This document shows positions 29,963 through 39,223 of a stretch of 64,000 bases of DNA, piece after piece; within the stretch, counting starts at the first letter, position 1; every line of letters starts with the position of its first letter. A program made the translations under genes and the position numbers. Below the pieces are notes generated by a model. It saw only the letters and a list, made by a program, of their open reading frames with translations. It did no database searches and was not told the DNA's origin. The stretch comes from a virus (taxonomy: Duplodnaviria > Heunggongvirae > Uroviricota > Caudoviricetes), in IMG/VR virus record IMGVR_UViG_3300006155_000234; one strand, written 5' to 3'.

Positions 29963-30178
29963 ATGAAATTACCAAAATATAGAAAAGAACAAATAAAAAA
30001 ATTAGGTAAGCATGCAGAGATAGTACATAAATTATATTGGGAACTTAAAGATTATTTAATTGATGATTTAGAGTTAGATATTAACTTTGTTATAGATAAT
30101 ATAAATGGATTAGTAAATTGTGATATGAATTCAGATGATTTTATAAAATTTTTAAAAGAAGAAATGGAGGGTAGATAA
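29963..30178 (+). CDS. hypothetical protein
   Basis: ORF, RBS TGGAGG. Confidence 0.45.
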   Translation: MKLPKYRKEQIKKLGKHAEIVHKLYWELKDYLIDDLELDINFVIDNINGLVNCDMNSDDFIKFLKEEMEGR

Positions 30179-30179
30179 T

Positions 30180-30485
30180 ATGTTAGAACAAGAAAGAAAA
30201 GAAGAAATGTTAAATTATTTTAATGAAACCATATTTGAACCAGCAATACAATATGGTACAGAAAATAATATACCTGAAATGTCACAAGGTGCAAGATATA
30301 CTAGAATGAGAATGCAACAAAGAAACCCAGAAGGAATATTACATTATTTCTGGAGTGCTATAGTTAGTACAGAAAAAAGTATCTCATTTTCAAAATTACT
30401 AAAAAGACATAATGTGGTAAGGTTTGAAGATATAATAGATGATGTAAGAGATAGATTTGGTAATGGTTATATTGATAGTGTATGA
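30180..30485 (+). CDS. hypothetical protein
   Basis: ORF, RBS GGAGGG. Confidence 0.5.
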   Translation: MLEQERKEEMLNYFNETIFEPAIQYGTENNIPEMSQGARYTRMRMQQRNPEGILHYFWSAIVSTEKSISFSKLLKRHNVVRFEDIIDDVRDRFGNGYIDSV

Positions 30486-30518
30486 TATTATCAGGGTACT
30501 TCATTAGTAACATATTTA

Positions 30519-30533
30519 GTAAAATATTAATGA
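30519..30533 (+). promoter_or_regulatory. late-promoter-like motif GTAAAATATTAATGA (L6)
   Basis: Exact motif overlapping the RBS region of the homing-endonuclease gene. Confidence 0.4.
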
Positions 30534-30546
30534 GGTGAAATATTAT

Positions 30547-31428
30547 ATGAAAAAGTATCATTTTGTTTATATCACAAGAAGGATTGGAACACCTTATTAT
30601 TACTATGGTGTTCATAGTACAAATAACATAAATGATGGTTATATTGGTTCTGGGTATCATTTTTTAAATGCAGTTAGAAAGTATGGGAAAGAAAGTTTTA
30701 GTAGAGAAATCATAAAATTTTTTGAAAGTCATGATGAAGCTTTGAAATTTGAAAATGAAATCATAACCAAAGAAGTTCTAGAAGATGAATATTGTTATAA
30801 TATTCAACATGGTGGAAAAGGTTCAAAAGATGAACATACTCTATCAACAAAAGAAAAAATGTCTTTAAGTGCAAAAGAAAGAAAAATACCACAAGAAACA
30901 AGAAATAAGTTAAAAGAATCTATGAAAAGAAAAATAGAGTTATATGGATATTATCACAGTGAAGAAACCAGAAAAAGAATATCAGAAACATTGAAGAGTA
31001 AAGATATGGGTAAGTATAATAAAGGAAGAATACAAACAGAAAGTGAAAGAAATAAAAGAAGTATATCTTTAAAATTGGCATACAAGGAGGGAAGGCATAA
31101 AAAATCTGATTTATCAGGAGATAAAAATCCGATGTATGGTAAACATTTTACAGATAGTATGAAACAAAATTTATCAAATGCACAGAAAGAAAGATTTAGT
31201 AATGTACTGGAAAGAGAAAAAACATCTATATCTACTAAAAATGGCATGATAAAATCAGAAAAGTGGAATACATATAAAGCAGAGCTTAAATCTGGTATTA
31301 GAGATGGTTCTATGAAAGGTAAATCTAATCCAAATTTTGGTAAGAGTATGAAATTGGCTATGCACATAAGACATCATATAAAAAAAGGAATATTTAATAA
31401 GGAGTGTGACTATTGTGTTATTCGGTGA
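30547..31428 (+). CDS. GIY-YIG homing endonuclease with NUMOD3 repeats (free-standing HEG)
   Basis: YHFVYITRRIGTPYYYYGVHS...YIGSG...FENEII is the GIY-YIG core; repeated NUMOD3-like units (NPMYGKHFTDSMK, NPNFGKSMK). Start moved to ATG 30547. Confidence 0.75.
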   Translation: MKKYHFVYITRRIGTPYYYYGVHSTNNINDGYIGSGYHFLNAVRKYGKESFSREIIKFFESHDEALKFENEIITKEVLEDEYCYNIQHGGKGSKDEHTLSTKEKMSLSAKERKIPQETRNKLKESMKRKIELYGYYHSEETRKRISETLKSKDMGKYNKGRIQTESERNKRSISLKLAYKEGRHKKSDLSGDKNPMYGKHFTDSMKQNLSNAQKERFSNVLEREKTSISTKNGMIKSEKWNTYKAELKSGIRDGSMKGKSNPNFGKSMKLAMHIRHHIKKGIFNKECDYCVIR

Positions 31429-33395
31429 TTATGAAAAAGAAGAAATTGAAAAATTAGAAAGAATTATAAAGGAACAGTCTGAGAAGTATTATACAGATGG
31501 TACACAAACATTGACAGATGTAGAGTTTGATAATTTGGTTGATAGACTAAGATTATTAAATCCTACTTCTAAAATATTGCAAGTTCCTCGGATGGGGTTA
31601 CAAACAAACAGGGCATAAAGTAAAACATAAGTATCAATTAGTAAAAAGTCTTGATAAATGTAGAACTTATGATGAAGTTCCTGAAAGATTTAAAAATGGG
31701 TTTGTATCTTTATCTCCTAAACTAGATGGTTTAACTGGTGTATTTTATTATGAAGGTGGTAAATTGATTAAAGCAGTTACAAGAGGTAATGGTCAAGAGG
31801 GAAAAGATATTACAGATAAGGCGAGAATAATTGTAGGTAATGAAATAGAAGATAAGAATTTTACAGGTGGTGTAAGAGGAGAATTAGAAATATCTGTTGA
31901 AAACTGGGAAAAGGTTAAATATAAATATCCCGAAGCTAAAAATGCAAGAAATTTATGTGCTGGTTGGATAAACTCTAAAGATTATTCAATAGATGATATA
32001 AAATTAATTGATTTTATAACTTATAAAATAACAGGACAAGAAAGGGATATGAATAATATTGTTACAGATAGTGTATGTAGTAGAAGAAATCCAGCCAAAG
32101 AAGACATTAAAGATTGGTTGAAGTGGAATTTTAAGAATGTTATTGAAACTGTTACCACTATATTAGATAGAAAAGATAAATTTGAAGAATATATGAAAGA
32201 TACATTTGAAAGTTTTAAATATACGATGGGATACGAATTAGATGGTGTTGTAATCTCAAATACAGAAGTTATATATCATGAAGATGCAAAATCATATATT
32301 TATGATGAGTGTGCTTTTAAATTTGCAGCAGAAGAAAAAGAAACTACAATAAATAATATTAAATGGGAATTATCAAGAACACAAAGATATATACCAGTAT
32401 TAGAAATTGAGCCAATAGAATTGTCTGGTGCAGTAGTGCATAATGTAACTGGAAATAATGCTCAATATTTATTAGATAATGGTTTAGGTGTTGGTGCTAC
32501 AATTTCTGTATGCAGAAGTGGTGAGGTTATTCCAAAGCACATGGACACATTAGAAGCAGCAGATGTAGATTTACCAGAAAAATGCTCAATATGTGGACAT
32601 ACTTTAATTTGGGATGGTGTAGATTTAAAATGTGCATTTAAAGATTGTCCAAATATAGAATATAGTGATTTAAGACAATGGTGTGAAACAATAGGCGAAA
32701 CAGATGGTATGGCTTGGACACTTATGGAACAATATTTAGTAAAATTTAGAATCATGAGTATATCAGATTTATATTGTTTAGAAACTAAAGAAAAAATTGA
32801 TAGCTGGGCTTACTTATCTAATTTAAGTATAACAGATAGAAAGGCTGTAGAATTTTTTGGAAAACTATATAATAATAAGGTAGATGTAGAAAAAGCTTTA
32901 ATTGCTTTAAATATCCCAAGATTAGGTGATAAAACTGCAAAAGATTTAGCAAAAGAAACAAATACAGTAAAGCAGCTAATAAATGATATAAAAGGTTTAG
33001 GATATATAGATAATATTCTAAGTGACAAGTTATTAAAAATTGTCAAAGAAGCTACAACTAAATCTATAATAGAAAATCAAACAACTAAATTAAAAAATAT
33101 ATTATATATAGGAAATAGAATAAAGTATAAAGAAGTATCTAATAAAGAAATAATTAAAGTTGCTGTAACAGGTGCATTAAATACAATGAAAAGAAGTGCA
33201 TTTGAAAAGTATATTGAAAGTTATGGATATGAACTATCAAGTGCTATAAAGTCTTGTAAGTATTTAATAACAAATACTCCAGATAGTGGTTCAAGCAAAA
33301 ATAAAGATGCCCAAAAATATGGTGTTGAAATAATTACAGAACAAGCATTTTTAGATTTAATAGGTGGAAATACTAAAAATAATAGTTTATTTTAA
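31406..33395 (+). CDS. ligA: NAD-dependent DNA ligase (LigA), reading frame broken by a 1-nt frame change at about 31594-31618
   Basis: Frame +2 (31406-31618) encodes the Ia domain (YYTDGTQTLTDVEFDNLVDRLRLL). Frame +0 continues from 31602 with the KxDG adenylation motif (SPKLDGLTG), TRGNGQEGKDIT, a Cys4 zinc finger (CSICGH..CAFKDC), HhH and BRCT domains. The two frames abut at a GGGG run. Confidence 0.7.
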
Positions 33396-33433
33396 AGAAG
33401 AGGGTTTTTACTAAAAATAATTTAATAAATTTA

Positions 33434-33462
33434 GTAAAAACCCTTGACAAATTTTAAAACTT
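33434..33462 (+). promoter_or_regulatory. sigma-A-type promoter TTGACA-17-TAATAT (P7) with UP-like box
   Basis: tttagtaaaaacccTTGACAaattttaaaacttatagTAATAT. Confidence 0.55.
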
Positions 33463-33502
33463 ATAGTAATATAATTACAGATATTAAAAAGGAGGTGTAT
33501 CT

Positions 33503-36349
33503 ATGGCAGGTTTATATTCGATATTTGAAAGCAATGCTGACATAAAGAATTATATTTTAGGAATATCTAAATCAATGAATATTGAAAATTGTAAAGTATT
33601 AGTTAATACTTACACATCATCTAAATATACAATAAATAGTTTAAAGCAGTATTGTAAAGAAAATGGAATACCTTATTTTGAAAGAGGTGAGTTTGATATA
33701 TTCTCATTAGAAGAAATAGAATTTATCTATGAATGTTTAAACAGTAATAATGAGATAAAAGAGGTATTTGAAGAATTTAGAAATAAATATCCAAAAAGCC
33801 ATATAGATTTAACAGAAAAAGAATTTGAAGAAAAGTTATTAAAATTAAACTTAATAGGAACAGGAAAGGAGATGGGCAACATGCGATATACAAATGATAT
33901 AGTAGAGTATGTAAAAGAATTAGGTAATAAATATACAATAGAAGAAAGTTTAGAAAAGATACAAAACAAATATACATATTTAGGAATGACAATGCCTAAA
34001 CTAGAGGAAATGTGTAATAAATATTTAATTAAATTCAAAAACAATTCAAGTATTTTTACAAATGAAGAGGCTAGAGAAATAGAAAGACTAATAAAAAGTT
34101 GTAGTGGGTTAAAAGAAGTATATAATATATTTATTGGTATGTTTCCTAATAAATGTGATTTAAAAACATTTATACAAGAGATTAGTAATTTAGATATGGT
34201 TAAAGCATTCAATACAAAAGAATCTATTGGTAAATTCTCATTTTTAGAAGAAATTTATATAGAAGAGTTATTAAAGGAAGATACAGATAATGCATCTATA
34301 TTTGCTAAATTTAATTTAGTGTTTCCAAATAAATATCCTTATATACAATTTATTACTAAACTAAATGATTTAAAAGTATCTAAAGCTCCAAAACCTAAAA
34401 GGGGAAGAGAAACTGACCCTATATCCATAAAATTAGAGGAATATTTAAGAACATTTAATGGGGATAAAACAATAAATGAATTATTAGAAATAGTAAATAG
34501 TAATGATGAATTTAAAAATTACAATTATAAAGGATTACATAATTTTATACATAGAAAAGAAATACCATTTAAAAAAGAATCTGTAAGAGGTGGAAGAGCA
34601 AGTGCATTAACTGATAATGATTGGGAACTAATTAAAAGTTATGTAGATAAAGGTTATACATCAGCAGAAATATTAGAAAAAGTTAGAAATAAAATAGATG
34701 TACTTAAAGATATAACAATAGTAGCATTTAGACAAAGATTATCTAAAAAAGGTATTAAAACAAGTAGAGTATCAAAAGTTACAGATAATCAATCTAAGCT
34801 TATAAAACAATCTATATATTCTAGCATATATGATGATGTTGCTAAAGCAGTAAATGGTAATACAATAAGAGAAGCATTAAGAATATTACAATCTAAATTT
34901 CCTGAATTACAATCTAAAATGACTTATAACAACTTAATATATTTTGCAAAAAGTAGAAAATTAAATTACAGAACAGAAACAAAAGAAGAAATAGGTAATA
35001 GAATGGCTAATTCAAGAAGTTATAAAAATACAACTAAATCTAATAAAGGAATAGCAGATGAAGTATATGAATTTGTAAAAACAATATGTAGTAACCATAC
35101 AAAATCAGAATGTATGGATATAGTAAACAAGAAATTTAATGTTTCCTATAATTCTACATATCTTGATACTTTAACAAACAGAAGAGGTAAATTAGAATTT
35201 AAGAAATATAACCAATTTACAGATGAGATGAAAGAAAGTGTACTTGAATTATTAAAAAATTGTAAAACAAAAAGAGAAGTATATATTCAATTTTGTAAAA
35301 AATATCAAGGTGTATTTGGTGCAAATGTATTCTACAAACTTTTAAGAGATTTAGAGTTAAAAGAAAATGGAAAAATAATTATACATAAGACAGGTGATAT
35401 ACCTGAAGAACTTGAAAATATTACTGAACAAAATGCAGATAATACAAAAATAATAGAAAGTGGCTTTACAGATGAGCAATTAACAGATATAGTAAAAGTA
35501 ATAACAGAAGAATCAGAAGATAGATACCAACCCATTATAGATGAAGTTAATAATACATTTGAAAGAAAATGTAATCAAATGGGAATTTCTGGGGATACAT
35601 ATTCTCATCTTGATGAAATTATATATGCTTTAGAAGTATTAACTAATTATGCAAAAAACAAAAATAAATTAGTTAGATTAACAAACGACCATGAAGATAT
35701 ATTAGAGCAATATAGAAGAGAAGTTGAACATGAAATTGAGTTACAACCATTTCAATCAACAGATACATATTGTCAAAATAAATTAAAAGCAATAGGAATG
35801 AGAAGAAGAGAAGTTAAATATACTAGAGATGACCTAAATTTAATGAGTATATTACTTAAAAATATAAATGATAATAGCGATGTGTATGATAAAACATTAG
35901 AATCATTAAAACATAGAAAGAAATTAAGAGAAAATTCTATTTTTATGCCATTAGTAGATACAGATATGATAGATAGACTTGATTGGTGTAAACAAGCACA
36001 ATTAAATAATAAAAGAGCATATACACCTATATTAAAAACAAATGCAAGAATAGATAGAATAAATAAAAGTAAAGCACAAGGAAGAGATTTTTGGACAGAG
36101 AAAGGACCTGTTACAGCTCCTGATGTAAAACAAGGTAATTCTAAAGATGTACATAGAATATCAACATATAGAGTTAAAGCAGAGTTTTTATCATTAAAGG
36201 GTAATCCCTTTGTAAATAAATATTATGATGTTAAAGCAACAAGTGAAGATGCAGCAAAAGAAAAAGGTGTAGAGTATTTTGATTTAATAAGTGCAAATAA
36301 TGATAATGCAATATATCAAATTTTAGATATTACTAGACTAAATAGATAA
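33503..36349 (+). CDS. large hypothetical protein with internal ~60-aa repeat modules
   Basis: ORF, RBS AAGGAGG. Recurring units (EVFEEFRNKYPKSH..., EVYNIFIGMFPNKCDL..., ASIFAKFNLVFPNKYPYI..., ALRILQSKFPELQSK..., EVYIQFCKKYQGVFG...). Confidence 0.55.
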   Translation: MAGLYSIFESNADIKNYILGISKSMNIENCKVLVNTYTSSKYTINSLKQYCKENGIPYFERGEFDIFSLEEIEFIYECLNSNNEIKEVFEEFRNKYPKSHIDLTEKEFEEKLLKLNLIGTGKEMGNMRYTNDIVEYVKELGNKYTIEESLEKIQNKYTYLGMTMPKLEEMCNKYLIKFKNNSSIFTNEEAREIERLIKSCSGLKEVYNIFIGMFPNKCDLKTFIQEISNLDMVKAFNTKESIGKFSFLEEIYIEELLKEDTDNASIFAKFNLVFPNKYPYIQFITKLNDLKVSKAPKPKRGRETDPISIKLEEYLRTFNGDKTINELLEIVNSNDEFKNYNYKGLHNFIHRKEIPFKKESVRGGRASALTDNDWELIKSYVDKGYTSAEILEKVRNKIDVLKDITIVAFRQRLSKKGIKTSRVSKVTDNQSKLIKQSIYSSIYDDVAKAVNGNTIREALRILQSKFPELQSKMTYNNLIYFAKSRKLNYRTETKEEIGNRMANSRSYKNTTKSNKGIADEVYEFVKTICSNHTKSECMDIVNKKFNVSYNSTYLDTLTNRRGKLEFKKYNQFTDEMKESVLELLKNCKTKREVYIQFCKKYQGVFGANVFYKLLRDLELKENGKIIIHKTGDIPEELENITEQNADNTKIIESGFTDEQLTDIVKVITEESEDRYQPIIDEVNNTFERKCNQMGISGDTYSHLDEIIYALEVLTNYAKNKNKLVRLTNDHEDILEQYRREVEHEIELQPFQSTDTYCQNKLKAIGMRRREVKYTRDDLNLMSILLKNINDNSDVYDKTLESLKHRKKLRENSIFMPLVDTDMIDRLDWCKQAQLNNKRAYTPILKTNARIDRINKSKAQGRDFWTEKGPVTAPDVKQGNSKDVHRISTYRVKAEFLSLKGNPFVNKYYDVKATSEDAAKEKGVEYFDLISANNDNAIYQILDITRLNR

Positions 36350-36361
36350 GATGTTATTAAT

Positions 36362-36400
36362 GTTGACAGAGTTGTTTTAAAAATTCTGTCAACAAAATTT
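36362..36400 (+). terminator. hairpin terminator candidate
   Basis: 10-bp stem gttgacagag/ttctgtcaac, then aaaattt. Confidence 0.4.
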
Positions 36401-36420
36401 AATTTGGAGGTAGATGTTAA

Positions 36421-37227
36421 ATGGAAAACAGAAAGACAATTAAATGGATTGTATTAGGTATAATTTTAATAGTTGCAGTAATAGTATTATTTAATTCATT
36501 TAAAACAATTCCAACAGGATGTGTTGGTGTAAAGACCCAATTTGGGAAAGTACAGAACGATGTATTACAAGAAGGACTAAATGGTAAAATACCATTTATA
36601 GAAAAAATTGTATTAGTAGATTGCAAAACAAAGAAAATAGATGCTACATCTGAAAGTAGCACCAAAGATTTACAAACAGTATCAGTAACAATAGCATTAA
36701 ATTATAATGTAAGAAAAGACACAGCAAATAAATTATATAGAGAGGTTGGTACAGACTTTGAAAATATAGTTATAAATCCTGCTATATTAGAGAGTGTTAA
36801 GAGTGTAATGGCACAATATACAGCAGAAGAGTTAATAACAAAAAGAGCAGAAGTATCTTCAATGATTAGAGAATCATTAACAAATAAAATAGATAGTAGA
36901 GGAATTACTATAACAGAATTTAATACAACAAATATAGATTTTAGTGATGCTTTTAACGCAGCAATAGAAGCAAAAGCAGTTAAACAACAAGAGGTAGTAA
37001 CTGCACAAGCAGAATTAGAAAAACAAAAAATTCAAAATGAAAAGGAAATAAGTATTGCAGAAAAAGATGCAAAAGTAATGGAACTACAAAATAATCAAAT
37101 AACAGATAAGACATTACAATTAAAAGAATTAGAAATTAAACAAAAAATGATTGAAAAATGGAATGGACAATTCCCTACTACTATGATGGGTGAGAATACT
37201 TCAGCTTTATTCAATATAAGTAAATAG
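36421..37227 (+). CDS. SPFH/band-7 (stomatin-prohibitin-like) membrane protein
   Basis: N-terminal TM followed by an SPFH body (PTGCVGVKTQFGKV...VSVTIALNYNV...AEVSSMIRESL). Confidence 0.65.
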   Translation: MENRKTIKWIVLGIILIVAVIVLFNSFKTIPTGCVGVKTQFGKVQNDVLQEGLNGKIPFIEKIVLVDCKTKKIDATSESSTKDLQTVSVTIALNYNVRKDTANKLYREVGTDFENIVINPAILESVKSVMAQYTAEELITKRAEVSSMIRESLTNKIDSRGITITEFNTTNIDFSDAFNAAIEAKAVKQQEVVTAQAELEKQKIQNEKEISIAEKDAKVMELQNNQITDKTLQLKELEIKQKMIEKWNGQFPTTMMGENTSALFNISK

Positions 37228-37238
37228 AGGTGATATAA

Positions 37239-38042
37239 ATGGCAAAAGTTAGTTTTAAAGATATAGAACATGTTCTACCAGATAATATGATGTGGTTGGA
37301 AGACAGAACAATATTATTAACTAAAGCAGGTTCAGTTATATATGGAACAAATGTAGAAACATCTGATACTGATTATAAGGGTGTATGTATTCCACCAAAA
37401 GAATATTATTTAGGATTAAAATCTATAAATGAATATAATAAGTCTGGTGGTAAAAATTTTGGAGAACATAATACAAAAGAAGATATTGATATAGTAATAT
37501 GCCATATAAATAAATTTGTTAGAGACGCTATGCAAGGTGTACCAAATAATATTGATATACTATTTTGTAGAGATGAAGATATAATTCATATAGATGATTT
37601 TGGAAAAGAGTTAAGAAGTATAAGAAAAGAATTTTTATCTAAGGAAATATATAAAAAGTTTTGTGGATTTGCAATGTCACAAAGGTATAAACTAGATATA
37701 AAGAAGCAAAATGGAACTGGCAGACAAGATTTAGTTGAAAAATTTGGTTATGATACTAAATTTGCTTATCATGCTATAAGATTACTATATTGTGCAAAAC
37801 AAATATTATTAACACATGATTATTGTTCTTACAGACCAGAAGAAGAGAGAAAATTATTATTAGATATAAGAGCAGGAAAATATACATTAGAAGAAATATT
37901 TGATATGTTTGACAGATTAGATAAAGAGATACACCAATACTATGATGAAAGTACATTACAAAAGACACCAGATTATCATAAAATAAATAAATGGTTGATA
38001 GATATAAATGAGAAAGCTTTAAATTATGATTTTACAATATAG
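37239..38042 (+). CDS. Pol-beta-superfamily nucleotidyltransferase
   Basis: GSVIYGTNVETSDTDYKGVCI matches the GS-x(9-13)-DxD NTase signature; helical C-terminal domain. Confidence 0.55.
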   Translation: MAKVSFKDIEHVLPDNMMWLEDRTILLTKAGSVIYGTNVETSDTDYKGVCIPPKEYYLGLKSINEYNKSGGKNFGEHNTKEDIDIVICHINKFVRDAMQGVPNNIDILFCRDEDIIHIDDFGKELRSIRKEFLSKEIYKKFCGFAMSQRYKLDIKKQNGTGRQDLVEKFGYDTKFAYHAIRLLYCAKQILLTHDYCSYRPEEERKLLLDIRAGKYTLEEIFDMFDRLDKEIHQYYDESTLQKTPDYHKINKWLIDINEKALNYDFTI

Positions 38043-38080
38043 TTCTTCTTTATCAGGTTTCCCTAGAAACTATTTTAGAT

Positions 38081-38133
38081 AGACAGTTGATATAAGTTTA
38101 TAAGTATAAATTTCAACTGTCTTAAATTTTTTA
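38081..38133 (+). terminator. hairpin terminator candidate
   Basis: 10-bp stem agacagttga/tcaactgtct, then taaatttttt. Confidence 0.45.
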
Positions 38134-38152
38134 ATAAATTTTGAAAAAACCC

Positions 38153-38181
38153 TTGACATATTTTAAAACTTATAGTATAAT
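38153..38181 (+). promoter_or_regulatory. sigma-A-type promoter TTGACA-17-TATAAT (P8) with UP-like box
   Basis: ttttgaaaaaacccTTGACAtattttaaaacttatagTATAAT. Confidence 0.6.
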
Positions 38182-38224
38182 ATAGGTATAATAAGTAAAT
38201 AATAGTTTTAAGGAGGAGTATATA

Positions 38225-39013
38225 ATGTCAAATTCAAAGATAAAAACATTAAGTGATAGAATGAAAGATTATGAATCTGTATCAGATGTTAAACTTACAA
38301 AAAGAACACCTGTTATAGTAAGAATAGATGGTAAAGCATTCCACACATTTACAAGAGGTTTAGATAAACCATTTGATGAAATACTATCACAAGTAATGCA
38401 ATATGTTTGTGAAAATCTTATATTGAGTGTTCAAGGGTGCAAGTTAGCATATACACAGTCTGATGAGATAAGTTTATTATTAACAGACTGGGATAAATTA
38501 ACTACTGATAGTTATTTTGATTATAGATTACAAAAGGTATGTTCAGTAATAGCATCAGCAGCAACAATGTATTTTAATAAGTTTGTAACACAAAAGGTAT
38601 TAGCTTGGTCTGGTTATGCAAATTCAGATGAACCAGAGAATTTAGACTTATTTAATAAATGGCAAAAGAAAATGGGTATAGCAATGTTTGATGCAAGAGC
38701 ATTTAATATACCAAAGGAAGATGTATGTAATTACTTTTTATGGAGGCAACAAGATGCATCAAGAAACTCAATACAATCACTAGGACAATCAAAGTTTAGT
38801 CAAAAACAACTTGATAAGAAAAATACAAGTGATATACAAGATATGTTAATGGAAAAGTACAATATAAATTGGAATAATTTAGAAACTAAATGGAAAAGAG
38901 GATTTTGTGTATATAGAAAAGATGAGGGAATATTCTGTGATACAGAAATACCATTATTTAATAAAGATAGAGATTTTATAGATAAATTTTTATTAGTACC
39001 AGAAGAAGAGTAG
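38225..39013 (+). CDS. Thg1 family tRNA-His guanylyltransferase-like 3'-5' nucleotidyltransferase
   Basis: PVIVRIDGKAFHTFTRG (Thg1 RxDGxxFxxFT motif) and QSDEISLLL (catalytic carboxylates); a KDYESV.. start typical of the family. Confidence 0.75.
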   Translation: MSNSKIKTLSDRMKDYESVSDVKLTKRTPVIVRIDGKAFHTFTRGLDKPFDEILSQVMQYVCENLILSVQGCKLAYTQSDEISLLLTDWDKLTTDSYFDYRLQKVCSVIASAATMYFNKFVTQKVLAWSGYANSDEPENLDLFNKWQKKMGIAMFDARAFNIPKEDVCNYFLWRQQDASRNSIQSLGQSKFSQKQLDKKNTSDIQDMLMEKYNINWNNLETKWKRGFCVYRKDEGIFCDTEIPLFNKDRDFIDKFLLVPEEE

Positions 39014-39037
39014 TGGGCTTAACCCACCAAATTATAT

Positions 39038-39113
39038 GCTTCATTAGCCAAGTTGGTTAAGGCAACAGATTGCAAATCTGTGACCATTGGTTCGAATCCA
39101 ATATGAAGCTCCA
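39038..39113 (+). tRNA. tRNA-Cys (anticodon GCA), CCA encoded
   Basis: Acceptor gcttcat/atgaagc; anticodon stem acaga/tctgt, loop ttGCAaa; T arm attgg-ttcgaat-ccaat. Confidence 0.8.
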
Positions 39114-39122
39114 ACCCTATAT

Positions 39123-39197
39123 AGGAGTGTAGTGTTAATGGTAGCACAGCAGTCTCCAAAACTGTTTGTCTGGGTTCAAATCCTAGCACTCCTGCCA
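39123..39197 (+). tRNA. tRNA-Trp (anticodon CCA), CCA encoded
   Basis: Acceptor aggagtg/cactcct; anticodon loop ctCCAaa; T arm ctggg-ttcaaat-cctag. Confidence 0.8.
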
Positions 39198-39223
39198 AAT
39201 ATATAAGATTATAATATAAGAAG

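Noticed and set aside
31599-31763. Possibility that the ligA interruption is an intron or intein insertion.
   Set aside because: The two coding frames overlap directly with no intervening sequence, and the downstream frame is open only from 31602, so a single-nucleotide frame change is the simplest explanation.
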